Assembly (NCBI GenBank): GCA_965369705.1
Contig: CBDURF010000002.1
Span: 1-49,154, forward strand
Source: an uncultured bacterium
Lineage (GTDB): Bacteria > Krumholzibacteriota > Krumholzibacteriia > LZORAL124-64-63
Length of the DNA: 49,154 nt
Direction of reading: 5' to 3'
Shown: positions 37,133 through 46,808 of the stretch, piece after piece
How positions within the stretch are numbered: the first letter of the stretch is position 1
How the letters are laid out: each line of letters begins with the position of its first letter
The notes under the pieces: model-generated
The model's database searches: none
What the model was told of the DNA's origin: nothing
What the model saw: only the letters and a program-made list of their open reading frames with translations
Made by a program: the position numbers and the translations under genes

Positions 37133-37509
37133 CAAAGGGTCCCCGCCTCCTCCTTCTCCTTGCATTCGATGCACAGACGCGTGTAGGGCAATCGTCTCAG
37201 CCGGGCCGACCCGATGGCTTTTTTGCATTCCTGACATTTGCCGTAGGTGCCGTTCTCGATCCTGCCCAGGGCCTCTTCAATATTGTAGAGGTAACGCCCT
37301 TCGGTGTTGGCGAACTTGATGGTGGTTTCGTACTGGAATTCATCCGAACCCTGATCAGCCATGTGGTTCGAGTGTGCCTTGCCCACCTCCAGACCCGATT
37401 GGTCGTCGGTGTGCTTGATGATCTTTTCATGCTGGGCCAGAGATTGCGTTACCCGATCCTTCTCCTCGGTGAGCATTTTCCTGAATCTCTGAAGCTCAGT
37501 TTTCCGCAT
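37132..37509 (-). CDS. TraR/DksA family C4 zinc-finger protein
   Basis: CQECKKAIGSARLRRLPYTRLCIEC (CxxC-N17-CxxC). 125 aa. GGGGAGGG lies before the ATG. It sits between ileS and lspA. Confidence 0.88.
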   Translation of the reverse strand: MRKTELQRFRKMLTEEKDRVTQSLAQHEKIIKHTDDQSGLEVGKAHSNHMADQGSDEFQYETTIKFANTEGRYLYNIEEALGRIENGTYGKCQECKKAIGSARLRRLPYTRLCIECKEKEEAGTL

Positions 37510-37530
37510 GGGGTCCCTCCCCGGCAGGCA

Positions 37531-40500
37531 TCAGACCCTGTCCAGGGCGATGCAGATTTCAATGTCATCGATCTTGAATGTGTCTTTATAAGCCAAATCC
37601 CCGTCAGAAGCAACGTCCAGAGCAAGGGTTTCGGTGATGATCCGCTCGGAAAACCGGGAAACCGCCGTCAGGACCGCTTCCGGCCCGCTGATGGCCAATT
37701 CGATGCGGTCGGAAACTTCCAGTCCACTTTTCTTGCGCAGGTTCTGGACCTTGTTGATGATCTCCCGGGCCAGTCCCTCCTGACGCAGATCCTCGGTCAG
37801 GGTGGTATCCAGGGCCACCGTCAGCCCCTGCCCCCCGGTAGCCACGAAGGAGCCCACACCCTCTTCGGTGACGATAACCTCCTCGAAGGTGAAGTCGACG
37901 GCTTCCCCCTCGAAATCCAGGGCGACCCGGCCCTCGGCGCGCAGGGTCATGATTTCCGCCGGGGTCATGGCCACGATGCGCTTGGCCGCCAGGGGAGAAC
38001 GCTTACCGAACCGGGGGCCCAGAGCCCGGAAATTGGCCTTGGCCGAAAGGTTCGCGACCTCGCGGGGATCGGCGACCGCCCCCACCTCCTTGACGTTCAA
38101 TTCGCCGGCAATATATCCAGTCAGGAGTTCATCCGCCATCAGCAGCGCCACGCGGTCGTCGTCCGCGTGCATGACGAGCCTGCCCAGGGGCTGCCTGGTC
38201 TTGAGGCCCGCCTCCTGGCGAAGGCTGCGGCCCAGACCCACAACGATCTGGGCGGCCGCCATGGAATTTTCCAACCCCACGTCGACCAGGGTTTCGTCCG
38301 CCACGGGAAAATCCTGGAGATGGACCGAGCCGTGGGGATCGGCATGCGCGGTCAACCCGCGGAAGATCTCCTCCGCGGCGAAGGGCATGAAGGGGGCCAA
38401 CAGGCGCAGGCTGGCATCCAGGACGGTGTAGAGCGTGGAGAAGGCAGCCCGCTTGTCCGGGGTCATCTCCCCCTTCCAGAAGCGGCGGCGACTTAGCCTG
38501 AGGTACCAGTTGCTCACATCGTCCAGGAAGAAGGTGCCGACGGTCTTTGCCGCCCGGGTCAAGTGCAGCGCGTCGAGGTCGTCGGTCATCGACCGGGTCA
38601 CGCTCTGCAGCCGGCTGAGGATCCAGCGGTCCAGCAGGTCGAACTCAAGATCGCCGCCCTCCCCGGGGGTGAAACCATCGAGGTTGGCGTAGAGGGTGAA
38701 GAAGTTGTAGGTGTTCTCCAGGGTGGCCAGCACCTTGCGCTGGGCTTCCTTCACTCCCTCCCGGTCGAAACGCGTGGGGGTCCAGACCGGACTGCAGGTG
38801 ATCATGTACCAACGCAGCGGATCGGCGCCCTCGGTGCGCATGATGTCCATGGGGTTCACGGTGTTCCCCAAGCTCTTGGACATCTTCTTGCCCTTATTGT
38901 CCAGGATCAGCTCGTTCACGAGGCAGCTCTTGTAGCTGCTGGTCCCCTTCAGGAAGATGCTGATCACCAGCATGGTGTAGAACCAGCCACGCGTCTGGTC
39001 AATGCCCTCGCTGATGAAGTCCGCGGGAAACTGGCTGTTGAACAGCTCTTCGTTCTCGAAGGGATAGTGGTACTGGGCGAAGGGCATGCTGCCGGAATCG
39101 AACCAGGCGTCGATGACCTCGGGGGTCCGCCGCATGGTCCCGGAGCAGCCGGCGGCCATACAGCCGAAGGTGAGGTCGTCAACGTGGGGCCGGTGCAGAT
39201 CGAGTTCCGACTGGTCGCTGCCGGTCAGTTCGCTCAGGTCCGCACGGCAGGTGGGCATGTGCTGGTGCCCGCAATCGTCGCAGATCCAGATGTTCAGCGG
39301 AGTGCCCCAGAACCGATTCCGGCTCAGACTCCAGTCGATGTTGCCGGCCAGCCAGTTGCCGAACCGACCGCTGCCGACCTCGGGCGGCGCCCACCTGATC
39401 GCCATGTTGGCTTGAACCAGCTGGTCCCGCATGGAACTGGTCTTGATGAACCAGCTGGGGGTGGCGTAGTAGATCAGCGGGTTGTCGCAGCGGTCATGAT
39501 AGGGATAGTCGTGACTGTAGATTTCCTCCCGCAGAATCCTGCCCTCGTCCCGAAGATGCTTGATGATCCGCCGGTCGGCCTTCTTGACGTGCAGCCCCGC
39601 CCAGGGCGTGACCTCTTCCGTGAAATGTCCGTTGGCGTCCACGGGCTTGAAGAAGGCCAGGTTCTCCAGTTTGCCGATCTGGTAGTCGTCCTCGCCGAAG
39701 GCCGGCGCCATGTGGACGATACCGGTGCCGGAATCGAGAGTCACGAAATCAGCCTCGACCACCACGAAGGCCCTCTCGTCGCCGGGCGACACGAACGGCA
39801 GCAGTTGTTCATAGGTTCGGCCGAGCAGGTCGGCGCCCTTGAACTTGGCCAGGACCTCGGTGGGCACCTCGGGGTCCAACACGCCCAGCCGGGCCTCGGC
39901 CAGGATCAGGACCTCGTCGCCGTGGCGTACGCGCACGTAATCGAAATCGGCGCCGACGGCCAGGGCCACGTTCGAAGGCAGGGTCCAGGGCGTGGTGGTC
40001 CAGGTCAGGAAAAATTCATCCGCGCCGGTGGCCTTCAGTTTGACGAAGATGCTCGGATCGCTGACCGTGCGGTAGCTGTTGGCCATTTCGTGGCTGGAAA
40101 TCGGCGTGGCGCAGACCGGACAGTAGGGCACGACCTTGTGACCCTTGTAGAGCAGGTCCTCGGCGTGGAACCGGCTCAATATCCACCAGACCGTTTCGAT
40201 GTATTTGTTGTCGTAGGTGATGTATGGATCGTCCAGATCAACCCAGTACCCCAGCCGTTCGGTGAATTCGTCCCAATCCGCCTTGCAGCTCCAAACGCTC
40301 TCGCGGCACTTCTCGTTGAAGGGCACCAGGCCGAAATCCTGGATGGCCTGGGCGCCCTGGATGTTCAGTATCTTCTCCACGGCCCGTTCGACCGGCAGGC
40401 CGTGAGTGTCCCAACCCGCCTTGCGCACCACCCGGTGCCCGGTCATGGTCTTGAACCGGCACATGATGTCCTTGCACAGCCGGGCCATGACGTGGTGCAC

Positions 40501-40698
40501 GCCCGGCAGGCCGTTGGCCGTCGGCGGGCCCTCGTAGAACACCCATTCCGGCGCGCCCTCCCGTTGGGCGATACTGCGCCGGAAAGTGTCGTCTTTCTTC
40601 CAGAAACCGCTGATCAGTTCCTCGGAATGGGAATCGTGGAATTTACTCGCCAGGGCAGGATAGACGGGCTTCCTGTCCCTGGATGATGTGTTGGACAT
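37531..40698 (-). CDS. ileS: Isoleucine--tRNA ligase (long, type 2-like form)
   Basis: PPTANGLPGVHHV (HIGH region), KMSKSLGN (KMSKS), CP1 editing-domain length, 1055 aa. Confidence 0.97.
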   Translation of the reverse strand: MSNTSSRDRKPVYPALASKFHDSHSEELISGFWKKDDTFRRSIAQREGAPEWVFYEGPPTANGLPGVHHVMARLCKDIMCRFKTMTGHRVVRKAGWDTHGLPVERAVEKILNIQGAQAIQDFGLVPFNEKCRESVWSCKADWDEFTERLGYWVDLDDPYITYDNKYIETVWWILSRFHAEDLLYKGHKVVPYCPVCATPISSHEMANSYRTVSDPSIFVKLKATGADEFFLTWTTTPWTLPSNVALAVGADFDYVRVRHGDEVLILAEARLGVLDPEVPTEVLAKFKGADLLGRTYEQLLPFVSPGDERAFVVVEADFVTLDSGTGIVHMAPAFGEDDYQIGKLENLAFFKPVDANGHFTEEVTPWAGLHVKKADRRIIKHLRDEGRILREEIYSHDYPYHDRCDNPLIYYATPSWFIKTSSMRDQLVQANMAIRWAPPEVGSGRFGNWLAGNIDWSLSRNRFWGTPLNIWICDDCGHQHMPTCRADLSELTGSDQSELDLHRPHVDDLTFGCMAAGCSGTMRRTPEVIDAWFDSGSMPFAQYHYPFENEELFNSQFPADFISEGIDQTRGWFYTMLVISIFLKGTSSYKSCLVNELILDNKGKKMSKSLGNTVNPMDIMRTEGADPLRWYMITCSPVWTPTRFDREGVKEAQRKVLATLENTYNFFTLYANLDGFTPGEGGDLEFDLLDRWILSRLQSVTRSMTDDLDALHLTRAAKTVGTFFLDDVSNWYLRLSRRRFWKGEMTPDKRAAFSTLYTVLDASLRLLAPFMPFAAEEIFRGLTAHADPHGSVHLQDFPVADETLVDVGLENSMAAAQIVVGLGRSLRQEAGLKTRQPLGRLVMHADDDRVALLMADELLTGYIAGELNVKEVGAVADPREVANLSAKANFRALGPRFGKRSPLAAKRIVAMTPAEIMTLRAEGRVALDFEGEAVDFTFEEVIVTEEGVGSFVATGGQGLTVALDTTLTEDLRQEGLAREIINKVQNLRKKSGLEVSDRIELAISGPEAVLTAVSRFSERIITETLALDVASDGDLAYKDTFKIDDIEICIALDRV

Positions 40699-40743
40699 CG
40701 TTCCGTTTCGTCCTTTGGCGGTTGGATCCGTCCTGGCCCCTAA

Positions 40744-41562
40744 TCAAAGAGTCACTTTTTTAAGGAACCCGGTCACCAGGGCCTCGAGATTGGGTTGGGC
40801 GGCATTGGCCACCTTGATGATCTTTTCAACGTTCGCCGGTTTCAGGGCGTCGGGAAAGCAGGCGTCCGTGATCACCGACATGCCGATGACCCTCATGCCC
40901 CCGTGCAGGGCGGCCAGGCACTCCGGAACGCTGGACATTCCCACCGTATCGGCCCCGATGGTGCGCAGGAACCGGTATTCCGCACCCGTTTCCAGGTTGG
41001 GGCCGGCAACCGCGGCGTAGACCACCTTCTTGAGAGGGATCTTCAGATCCAGGGCCACCTCTTCCATCGTGGCCAGGAATTCGCGGTCGTAGGGTTCGGA
41101 CATATCGGGGAACCGTGGGCCGAGACGGTCATCGTTCCAACCGATCAAGGGGTTGTCGCCCATCAGGTTGATGTGGTCGGACATGACGGTGATGTCCCCG
41201 GGCCCATGCTGGGGATTCATGCCTCCCACCGCGTTGCTCATCAGCAGGGCTCCGCAGCCCAAGGCCTTCATCACCCGGATCGGCAGGGTGATCTGCTGCA
41301 TGCTGTAGCCCTCGTAATAATGGACCCGGCCCTGCATGGCGATGACCTTCCGCCCCCCCAAGGCGCCGAAAACCAACTTGCCGGCGTGGCCGGTCGCCGT
41401 GGATTCCACGAAATGAGGCACCTCACCGAAGGGAATGGTGCAGACCGCTTCGATGTTGTGCCCGAGTTCTCCCAGACCCGTCCCCAGGATCAGGCCGAAT
41501 TCCGGCTCGAAATCGGTCTTCGTGCGAATGAAGCCGGCGGCTTCCTCGATCTGCTGCCACAT
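40744..41562 (-). CDS. punA: Purine nucleoside phosphorylase (trimeric PNP/PunA type)
   Basis: TATGHAGKLVFG, MQGRVHYYEGY, MSDHINLMGDNPL, GADTVGMSSVPE. The start was chosen at the ATG at 41562 (MWQQIEEAAGFIR). A TTG or GTG slightly upstream is possible. Confidence 0.9.
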   Translation of the reverse strand: MWQQIEEAAGFIRTKTDFEPEFGLILGTGLGELGHNIEAVCTIPFGEVPHFVESTATGHAGKLVFGALGGRKVIAMQGRVHYYEGYSMQQITLPIRVMKALGCGALLMSNAVGGMNPQHGPGDITVMSDHINLMGDNPLIGWNDDRLGPRFPDMSEPYDREFLATMEEVALDLKIPLKKVVYAAVAGPNLETGAEYRFLRTIGADTVGMSSVPECLAALHGGMRVIGMSVITDACFPDALKPANVEKIIKVANAAQPNLEALVTGFLKKVTL

Positions 41563-41643
41563 GTCGTTCAAGACGACCCTCCAGGTAGGGAACACGGTTT
41601 TCGGGAACGAGACAAACTAACATGGCCTTAGCGGCCCACCAAG

Positions 41644-41671
41644 AAAAAAGCGGGAATCCGTGGATTCCCGC
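41644..41671 (-). terminator. Rho-independent terminator after divIVA
   Basis: Minus strand reads gcgggaatcc-ac-ggattcccgc followed by TTTTTT. Confidence 0.85.
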
Positions 41672-41746
41672 CATTTTCCGCAATGAGATTGAGGTTCCCC
41701 GCCTCACCGGGCGATGAGGCCCGGTCCAGGCGTTTGGCGCCACCTG

Positions 41747-42682
41747 TCAGATGGTGTCCTTGTTGGATCCCGCCGCGACGGGTTCCTCACCGTGGGTCAT
41801 CACCGGTCCATCGCCGAGTGAGGGTTCCTCTTCCAGGGATTCCCCGGGAGCGGGAGACTTGCCGGCCTCCGCCTTGGGGCTCTCTGGGGATTCAGCCAGG
41901 GATTCGGACACCAGGTCGGAGATGGAGCCGGAGGCGTCATCATCACCCTTATTGCCGGTACCCGGATCGTAGTTACGCCAGACATCGTTTTCCAGGGGAG
42001 CGGCTGGAGCGGCGACTTCCAGCTTATCCTCGTCGCCGCCCACAGGCAGGTCCCGAGGCGCGGACGGATCACCCTCGATCCGGCTTTCCGCGGCGAAGGG
42101 ATCCAGCACCGGGATTGTCTGCGATTTCATCTCAGGGATGCTGACCGGCTGCGAGTCGGTTTTCCGGCGGGTTCGCCCGGCAGTGGCCACGACCGAATCG
42201 ACGATATTCGTCAGGCGTTTGTCCAGATCCTCGAAATCGCTCTCATGGGTCTCGACAAACTGGACCTGGGCCTGGGCCAGGGTCTTGAACCGGGCCAGAT
42301 AATTTTCTTTTTCCTTGCGCAACACCACGATTTCGCGGCGCAACTCCTCGGTGCGCAGACGGCACTCCTCGAGGACCCGCTGGGCCTGCATCTCGGCGTC
42401 CTTGATGATCAGGTCGCCTTTCTTGCCCGCGTTCTCACGGGTTTCCTTCATGACGCGCTCGGCGGTCATCAGGGTATCCCGGAGATTGCGCTCCATGCCC
42501 AGATACTCCTGGATCTTGTCTTCCTGCTCCATGATCATCTCGCGGATCTGCTTGTTGTCCACAAGAACGGTTTCATACTCGTCGGCAAGAGTCGAGAGAA
42601 AGGCCCGGACTTCGTCACAATCGAAGCCTCGGACCGCCTTGCGGAATTCCTGTTTGCGGACGTCGAGCGGCGTGATCCTCAT
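41747..42682 (-). CDS. divIVA: DivIVA-domain protein with a long acidic, low-complexity C-terminal tail
   Basis: MRITPLDVRKQEFRKAVRGFDCDEVRAFL N-terminus followed by coiled coil. GGAGGAG lies before the ATG at 42682. Confidence 0.9.
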   Translation of the reverse strand: MRITPLDVRKQEFRKAVRGFDCDEVRAFLSTLADEYETVLVDNKQIREMIMEQEDKIQEYLGMERNLRDTLMTAERVMKETRENAGKKGDLIIKDAEMQAQRVLEECRLRTEELRREIVVLRKEKENYLARFKTLAQAQVQFVETHESDFEDLDKRLTNIVDSVVATAGRTRRKTDSQPVSIPEMKSQTIPVLDPFAAESRIEGDPSAPRDLPVGGDEDKLEVAAPAAPLENDVWRNYDPGTGNKGDDDASGSISDLVSESLAESPESPKAEAGKSPAPGESLEEEPSLGDGPVMTHGEEPVAAGSNKDTI

Positions 42683-42769
42683 GTCATTCTCCTCCAACTG
42701 CGGATGCCGGGTCCCCGATTCCGGATTGTCGGGCCCGCCATGGACCAGACAGAAATTCAATAATCCGTA

Positions 42770-43018
42770 TCAGGAGCCGACTTGAACTATCAATCTCATG
42801 AGGAGTTGTATCAAGAGCCATGCCAGGATGGGCGACAAATCGATACCGCGCAGGGGAATGAGGGCCCGCAGAAAGCCCAGCAAGGGTTCGGTCACCCGGA
42901 TGACCATCAAAAGAATCTCGTTACGGGGCCGGGGGTTCACCCAGCTCTGGATCACCCGGACGATGATCAGCCAGGAATAGACCTGCAGAACGGCCACGAG
43001 TAGTTTTGTGATGCCCAT
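42770..43018 (-). CDS. yggT: YggT family membrane protein
   Basis: 82 aa, two TM helices, VYSWLIIVRVIQSWV motif, positioned next to yggS. Confidence 0.85.
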   Translation of the reverse strand: MGITKLLVAVLQVYSWLIIVRVIQSWVNPRPRNEILLMVIRVTEPLLGFLRALIPLRGIDLSPILAWLLIQLLMRLIVQVGS

Positions 43019-43062
43019 ATCTCAACCTCTCCGGCCTGATTCTGGCCGGTGGAAATTTTTCC

Positions 43063-43785
43063 TCAGGACTGACGGGGACCGAATATGGCCCCGCCGATCC
43101 GGACCAGGGTGCTGCCCTCGGCGATGGCCGCCTCGAAATCGCCGCTCATGCCCATGCTCAACTCAGGCAACGCCAGACCGGTGGATACCCTGGCATCTTC
43201 GACTACACGTCTTAACGAGGCGAAACTGGTCCGCAACTCGCTTTCTCCCGCCCCGTACCTCGCCATCCCCATCAGACCCTTAAGGTCCAGGCCCGGCAGA
43301 GCGCAGACACGGACGGCCACGTCGGAGACTTCCTCGACCGCCAAGCCCTGTTTCTGAACTTCCCCGGAGATATTGACTTCCAGCAGGACGGTCTCGGTCC
43401 GACCCGCTTCCGTCGCAAGCCGGGACAGCTTTTCCGCCAGTTTGACCGAATCGACGCTGTGCAGCATATGAAAACGGCCGGCGGCCTTGCCGGCCTTGTT
43501 GCTCTGGAGATGACCGATGAAATGCCAACGCAACCGCTCGGTCGGTAGTCCCTCCCCGGCCAGGAGACCGACCAGTTCAGGCTGCCGGTCCACCGCTTCG
43601 GCGACCCTGTTCTCGCCCAGGTCCCACTGGCCCGCCCGGCAGGCCTCGACGACCAGGGACAGGGGGATCCGCTTGCTCACCGCCACCAGCTTGACCGCGC
43701 CGGCGGGTCTTCCCGCCTGGAGGCAGGCCTCCGCGATCCTTTCACGGACGCGTGCCAGTCTTTCGGCCACCGGACGGTCGGCCAT
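43063..43785 (-). CDS. yggS: YggS/PLPBP family pyridoxal-phosphate homeostasis protein
   Basis: LVAVSKRIP (PLP Lys), HFIGHLQSNK, ELSMGMSGDFEAAI. The start is the ATG at 43785 or the TTG at 43791. Confidence 0.92.
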   Translation of the reverse strand: MADRPVAERLARVRERIAEACLQAGRPAGAVKLVAVSKRIPLSLVVEACRAGQWDLGENRVAEAVDRQPELVGLLAGEGLPTERLRWHFIGHLQSNKAGKAAGRFHMLHSVDSVKLAEKLSRLATEAGRTETVLLEVNISGEVQKQGLAVEEVSDVAVRVCALPGLDLKGLMGMARYGAGESELRTSFASLRRVVEDARVSTGLALPELSMGMSGDFEAAIAEGSTLVRIGGAIFGPRQS

Positions 43786-43793
43786 GTCCAATC

Positions 43794-44501
43794 CTATCGC
43801 CAGCGCAACAGCAGGGTTTTCGGGTCCAGTTCGATCTGGACCTGGGCCGGCTCGGTGCTGCCGTGCTCCTTGAGGATCTTGACCTTTACGTGGTCGCTTT
43901 CCGGTTCGAGATTGATGATCACGCCGATCTCGTCATCGAACCGCGCCACGGAATGGGGAACGCCCCGGGCATCGGATTCCTGGCCCTCGCGGTGGATGTT
44001 GCTGCTGGTCCAGATTTCAGCCCCCCACTCGGCGGCCATTTTCTTCATGCCCTGGATTTCCCATTCCTCGGTATTTTCGAAGCGAGGAGTTCCGTCCAGG
44101 ATGACCATGTCCGGCATGAAACCGGCGGCATCCTTGAGGAAGGCCACCGACTGCTCAAGCTTCTCGAGGGAAAAGGAATCGCGGTTGTAGACGTGGATGT
44201 AACGGTTGCGTTCCATGCGGAGCTGCTTCTGGGGAACCTGATCCATGTCCAGGGAAGCGGCCATGGCATGGAAAATCTGGTCGAAGAAGTTGTTGATGTG
44301 CTCGACGCTCTCCTTGGTCGAGATGTAGAGCACCTTCTTGCCCTGCAGCAGCTGATCGACGGCCAGGCCGATCAGGAATCCTGTCTTGCCGACGCCGCGC
44401 CGGGACAGAACCACGCCCAGTTCCCCCTTACCCAGACCGCCGCCGATGGCCCGCTCGAAGATACGGACGGGGCTGCGCTCCATCATGCTTTTTTCCACCA
44501 T
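43794..44501 (-). CDS. Stand-alone RecA-superfamily (DnaB C-terminal / KaiC-like) P-loop ATPase, function unknown
   Basis: GGGLGKGELGVVLSRRGVGKT (Walker A with the preceding GGL...G.L loop, as in DnaB/KaiC). Walker B-like PDMVILDG. A DnaB-like C-terminal pattern VIINLEP...VKILKEHGS. A GGGAGTGAGGAAG Shine-Dalgarno region lies before the ATG at 44501. Confidence 0.7.
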   Translation of the reverse strand: MVEKSMMERSPVRIFERAIGGGLGKGELGVVLSRRGVGKTGFLIGLAVDQLLQGKKVLYISTKESVEHINNFFDQIFHAMAASLDMDQVPQKQLRMERNRYIHVYNRDSFSLEKLEQSVAFLKDAAGFMPDMVILDGTPRFENTEEWEIQGMKKMAAEWGAEIWTSSNIHREGQESDARGVPHSVARFDDEIGVIINLEPESDHVKVKILKEHGSTEPAQVQIELDPKTLLLRWR

Positions 44502-44546
44502 CGTCTTCCTCACTCCCTGAATTGATCCCGCTCTCAGGATAACAGA

Positions 44547-46634
44547 TTACTTACCTTCGGCCTTTTTCTCCAGGTATTCCTTAACCAGTTCCTCGGCCAC
44601 ATCACTGGGGGCCGGCGCGTACCTGGCGAACTCCATGGTGAACTCGGCCTTGCCCTGGGTCGAAGACCGCAGAACCGTGGCGTAACCGAACATCTCGGCC
44701 AACGGCACGTTCGCGTCGACCCGAACGAATCCCTCGTCTTCGGTGGTACCGACGATCACGCCCCGCCGTTGCATCAGGGTCTTGATGATATCGCCCTGGT
44801 ACTCGCTGGGGCCTTCGATGGACACCAGCATCAGCGGCTCGAGGGCCACCGGTTTGCCCTTTTTGTAGAACTCGCGGAAGGTCGCGCGGCAGGCCGTCCG
44901 GAAGGCCATGTCCGAGGAGTCCACCGCATGGGAATTACCGTCGCGCATGGTCACCTTCAGGCCCTGGACCGGGGCTCCGATGTACTGACCCTCGAGGATG
45001 GAAAGTGCGAAACCCTTCCGGCAGGCGCCGATGTACTCGGTCGGAATGCGGCCGCCGACGACCTTGCTCTCGAAGTGGAACTCGCCGTCCTCGCTGGGCT
45101 CCATGGTGCCCTGGACCTTGGCGTACTGACCCGAGCCGCCCGTCTGTTTCTTGTGGGTGTAGTCGAATTCCACCACCTGGGTGATGGTCTCGCGGTACTT
45201 CACCTGGGGGGCGCCGGTGACGACCACCGCGTTGAATTCCCGCTTGATCCGTTCGATGTAGACTTCAAGATGCAGTTCGCCCATCCCGCTGATGATGGTG
45301 TCCCCGGTTTCCGCGTCCACGGAGGTGCGGAAGGTGGGATCCTCCCGAGTGAACCTGTGGAAGGCCTTCGACATGCGCGTGGCGGCGGCGTTGTCCTCGG
45401 GCATGACGGCCAGGCTGACCACCGGCTCGGGCACGTGCATGCTCGACAGGCTGATACGTTCGCCGCCGGTGAAGGTATCGCCGCTGGCGCAATCCACGCC
45501 GAACAGGGCGATGATGTCGCCCGCGGCAGCGTACTCGATCTCCTCCATTTGATCAGCGTGCATCCGGCCCAGCCGGCCCACCTTGACCTTCTTGTTGGTC
45601 CGGCTGTTGTAGATGTCCTCGCCCTTCTTGAGGATGCCCTGGTAGATGCGCACGTAGGTCAGCTGGCCGTACTGCCCCTCCTCCAGCTTGAAGGCGTTGC
45701 AGACCAGGTCGTCGTCGGGGCTGTTGGAAAGGACGAACTCCTCCTCCTCGCCACCCTTCAGCATCCGGATGGCGGTGTTGTCGATGTCCGTCGGGGCGGG
45801 CAGGTAGCGCATGACCGCGTCGAGCAGCAGCTGCACGCCCTTGTTCTTGTAGGCGCTGCCCATGTAGACGGGCGTCAGTTCGTTGGCCAGGACCCCCCGG
45901 CGAACCGCGTCGTGGATCATATCCTCGGTGACAGCGTCCTCCAGGATGGCCTCCATCAGGTCGTCGCTGAACATGCTGACGGTGTCGAGCATGGCCTCCC
46001 GGCGCGCCTCGGCCTCGACCTGCAGGGGCGCGGGAATGTCGCCGGTGACGACCTTTTCCCCATTCTCGCCCTCGAAGGTGTAGGCCTCCATGGTGATCAG
46101 GTCGACCACCCCCACGTGTTTGTCCTCCAGCCCGATGGGAATCTGCATCATCACCGCGTTGTGCTTCAGCTTATCGCACAACTGTTCGGTGACCCGGGCG
46201 GGATTGGCGCCGGAACGGTCGCACTTGTTCACAAACGCGATGCGGGGCACGTTGTAGCGTTTCATCTGACGGTCGACGGTAATCGACTGGCTCTGCACGC
46301 CGGCCACCGAACACAGCACCAGGACGGCGCCGTCCAGGACCTTCAACGCCCTTTCCACCTCGATGGTGAAGTCGACGTGGCCGGGAGTATCGATGATGTT
46401 GACGTGATACCCGTTCCAAGAGGTGTGGGTCGCGGCGCTCTGGATGGTGATGCCGCGCTCGCGCTCGAGTTCCATGGAGTCCATGGTGGCGCCCACGCCG
46501 TCCTTGCCGCGCACCTCGTGGATGTCGCGGATACGTCCGGTGTAGAAAAGGATCCGCTCGGTCAGGGTCGTCTTGCCCGAATCGATATGCGCGCTGATCC
46601 CGATATTCCTGATCATTTTCAGATCTGTAGTCAT
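44547..46634 (-). CDS. fusA: Elongation factor G, mitochondrial EF-G1-like / spd-type
   Basis: [22 protein letters not shown]. It carries the diagnostic stretch [32 protein letters not shown], which closely matches my memory of human GFM1. It is not flanked by rpsL/rpsG/tuf. Confidence 0.95.
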   Translation of the reverse strand: MTTDLKMIRNIGISAHIDSGKTTLTERILFYTGRIRDIHEVRGKDGVGATMDSMELERERGITIQSAATHTSWNGYHVNIIDTPGHVDFTIEVERALKVLDGAVLVLCSVAGVQSQSITVDRQMKRYNVPRIAFVNKCDRSGANPARVTEQLCDKLKHNAVMMQIPIGLEDKHVGVVDLITMEAYTFEGENGEKVVTGDIPAPLQVEAEARREAMLDTVSMFSDDLMEAILEDAVTEDMIHDAVRRGVLANELTPVYMGSAYKNKGVQLLLDAVMRYLPAPTDIDNTAIRMLKGGEEEEFVLSNSPDDDLVCNAFKLEEGQYGQLTYVRIYQGILKKGEDIYNSRTNKKVKVGRLGRMHADQMEEIEYAAAGDIIALFGVDCASGDTFTGGERISLSSMHVPEPVVSLAVMPEDNAAATRMSKAFHRFTREDPTFRTSVDAETGDTIISGMGELHLEVYIERIKREFNAVVVTGAPQVKYRETITQVVEFDYTHKKQTGGSGQYAKVQGTMEPSEDGEFHFESKVVGGRIPTEYIGACRKGFALSILEGQYIGAPVQGLKVTMRDGNSHAVDSSDMAFRTACRATFREFYKKGKPVALEPLMLVSIEGPSEYQGDIIKTLMQRRGVIVGTTEDEGFVRVDANVPLAEMFGYATVLRSSTQGKAEFTMEFARYAPAPSDVAEELVKEYLEKKAEGK

Positions 46635-46696
46635 GTCCTTGGTCCCGGTTCGCGGCGGACTGATTCCCGCCGACAGAATACACCTTTTTCCAGCCT

Positions 46697-46746
46697 AAAA
46701 AAACACACGTCTACCCCTACACCCTAGTTGCAGGTCAGCAGACGTG
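46697..46746 (-). terminator. Candidate terminator after kbl (bipartite hairpin + T7)
   Basis: On the minus strand, CACGTCT...AGACGTG is the outer stem and CCTGCA/TGTAGG the inner stem, followed by TG TTTTTTT. Confidence 0.45.
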
Positions 46747-46808
46747 GCGCGGGGAAGATAGGCTCAAGCCTCCATAATAGCAAACCCGACCAACACTTCT
46801 GCCGCCTG

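Noticed and set aside
40699-40743. T-box or attenuator leader upstream of ileS.
   Set aside because: Only 45 nt separates the purine nucleoside phosphorylase stop from the ileS start, which is too short for a T-box. The genes are likely co-transcribed.
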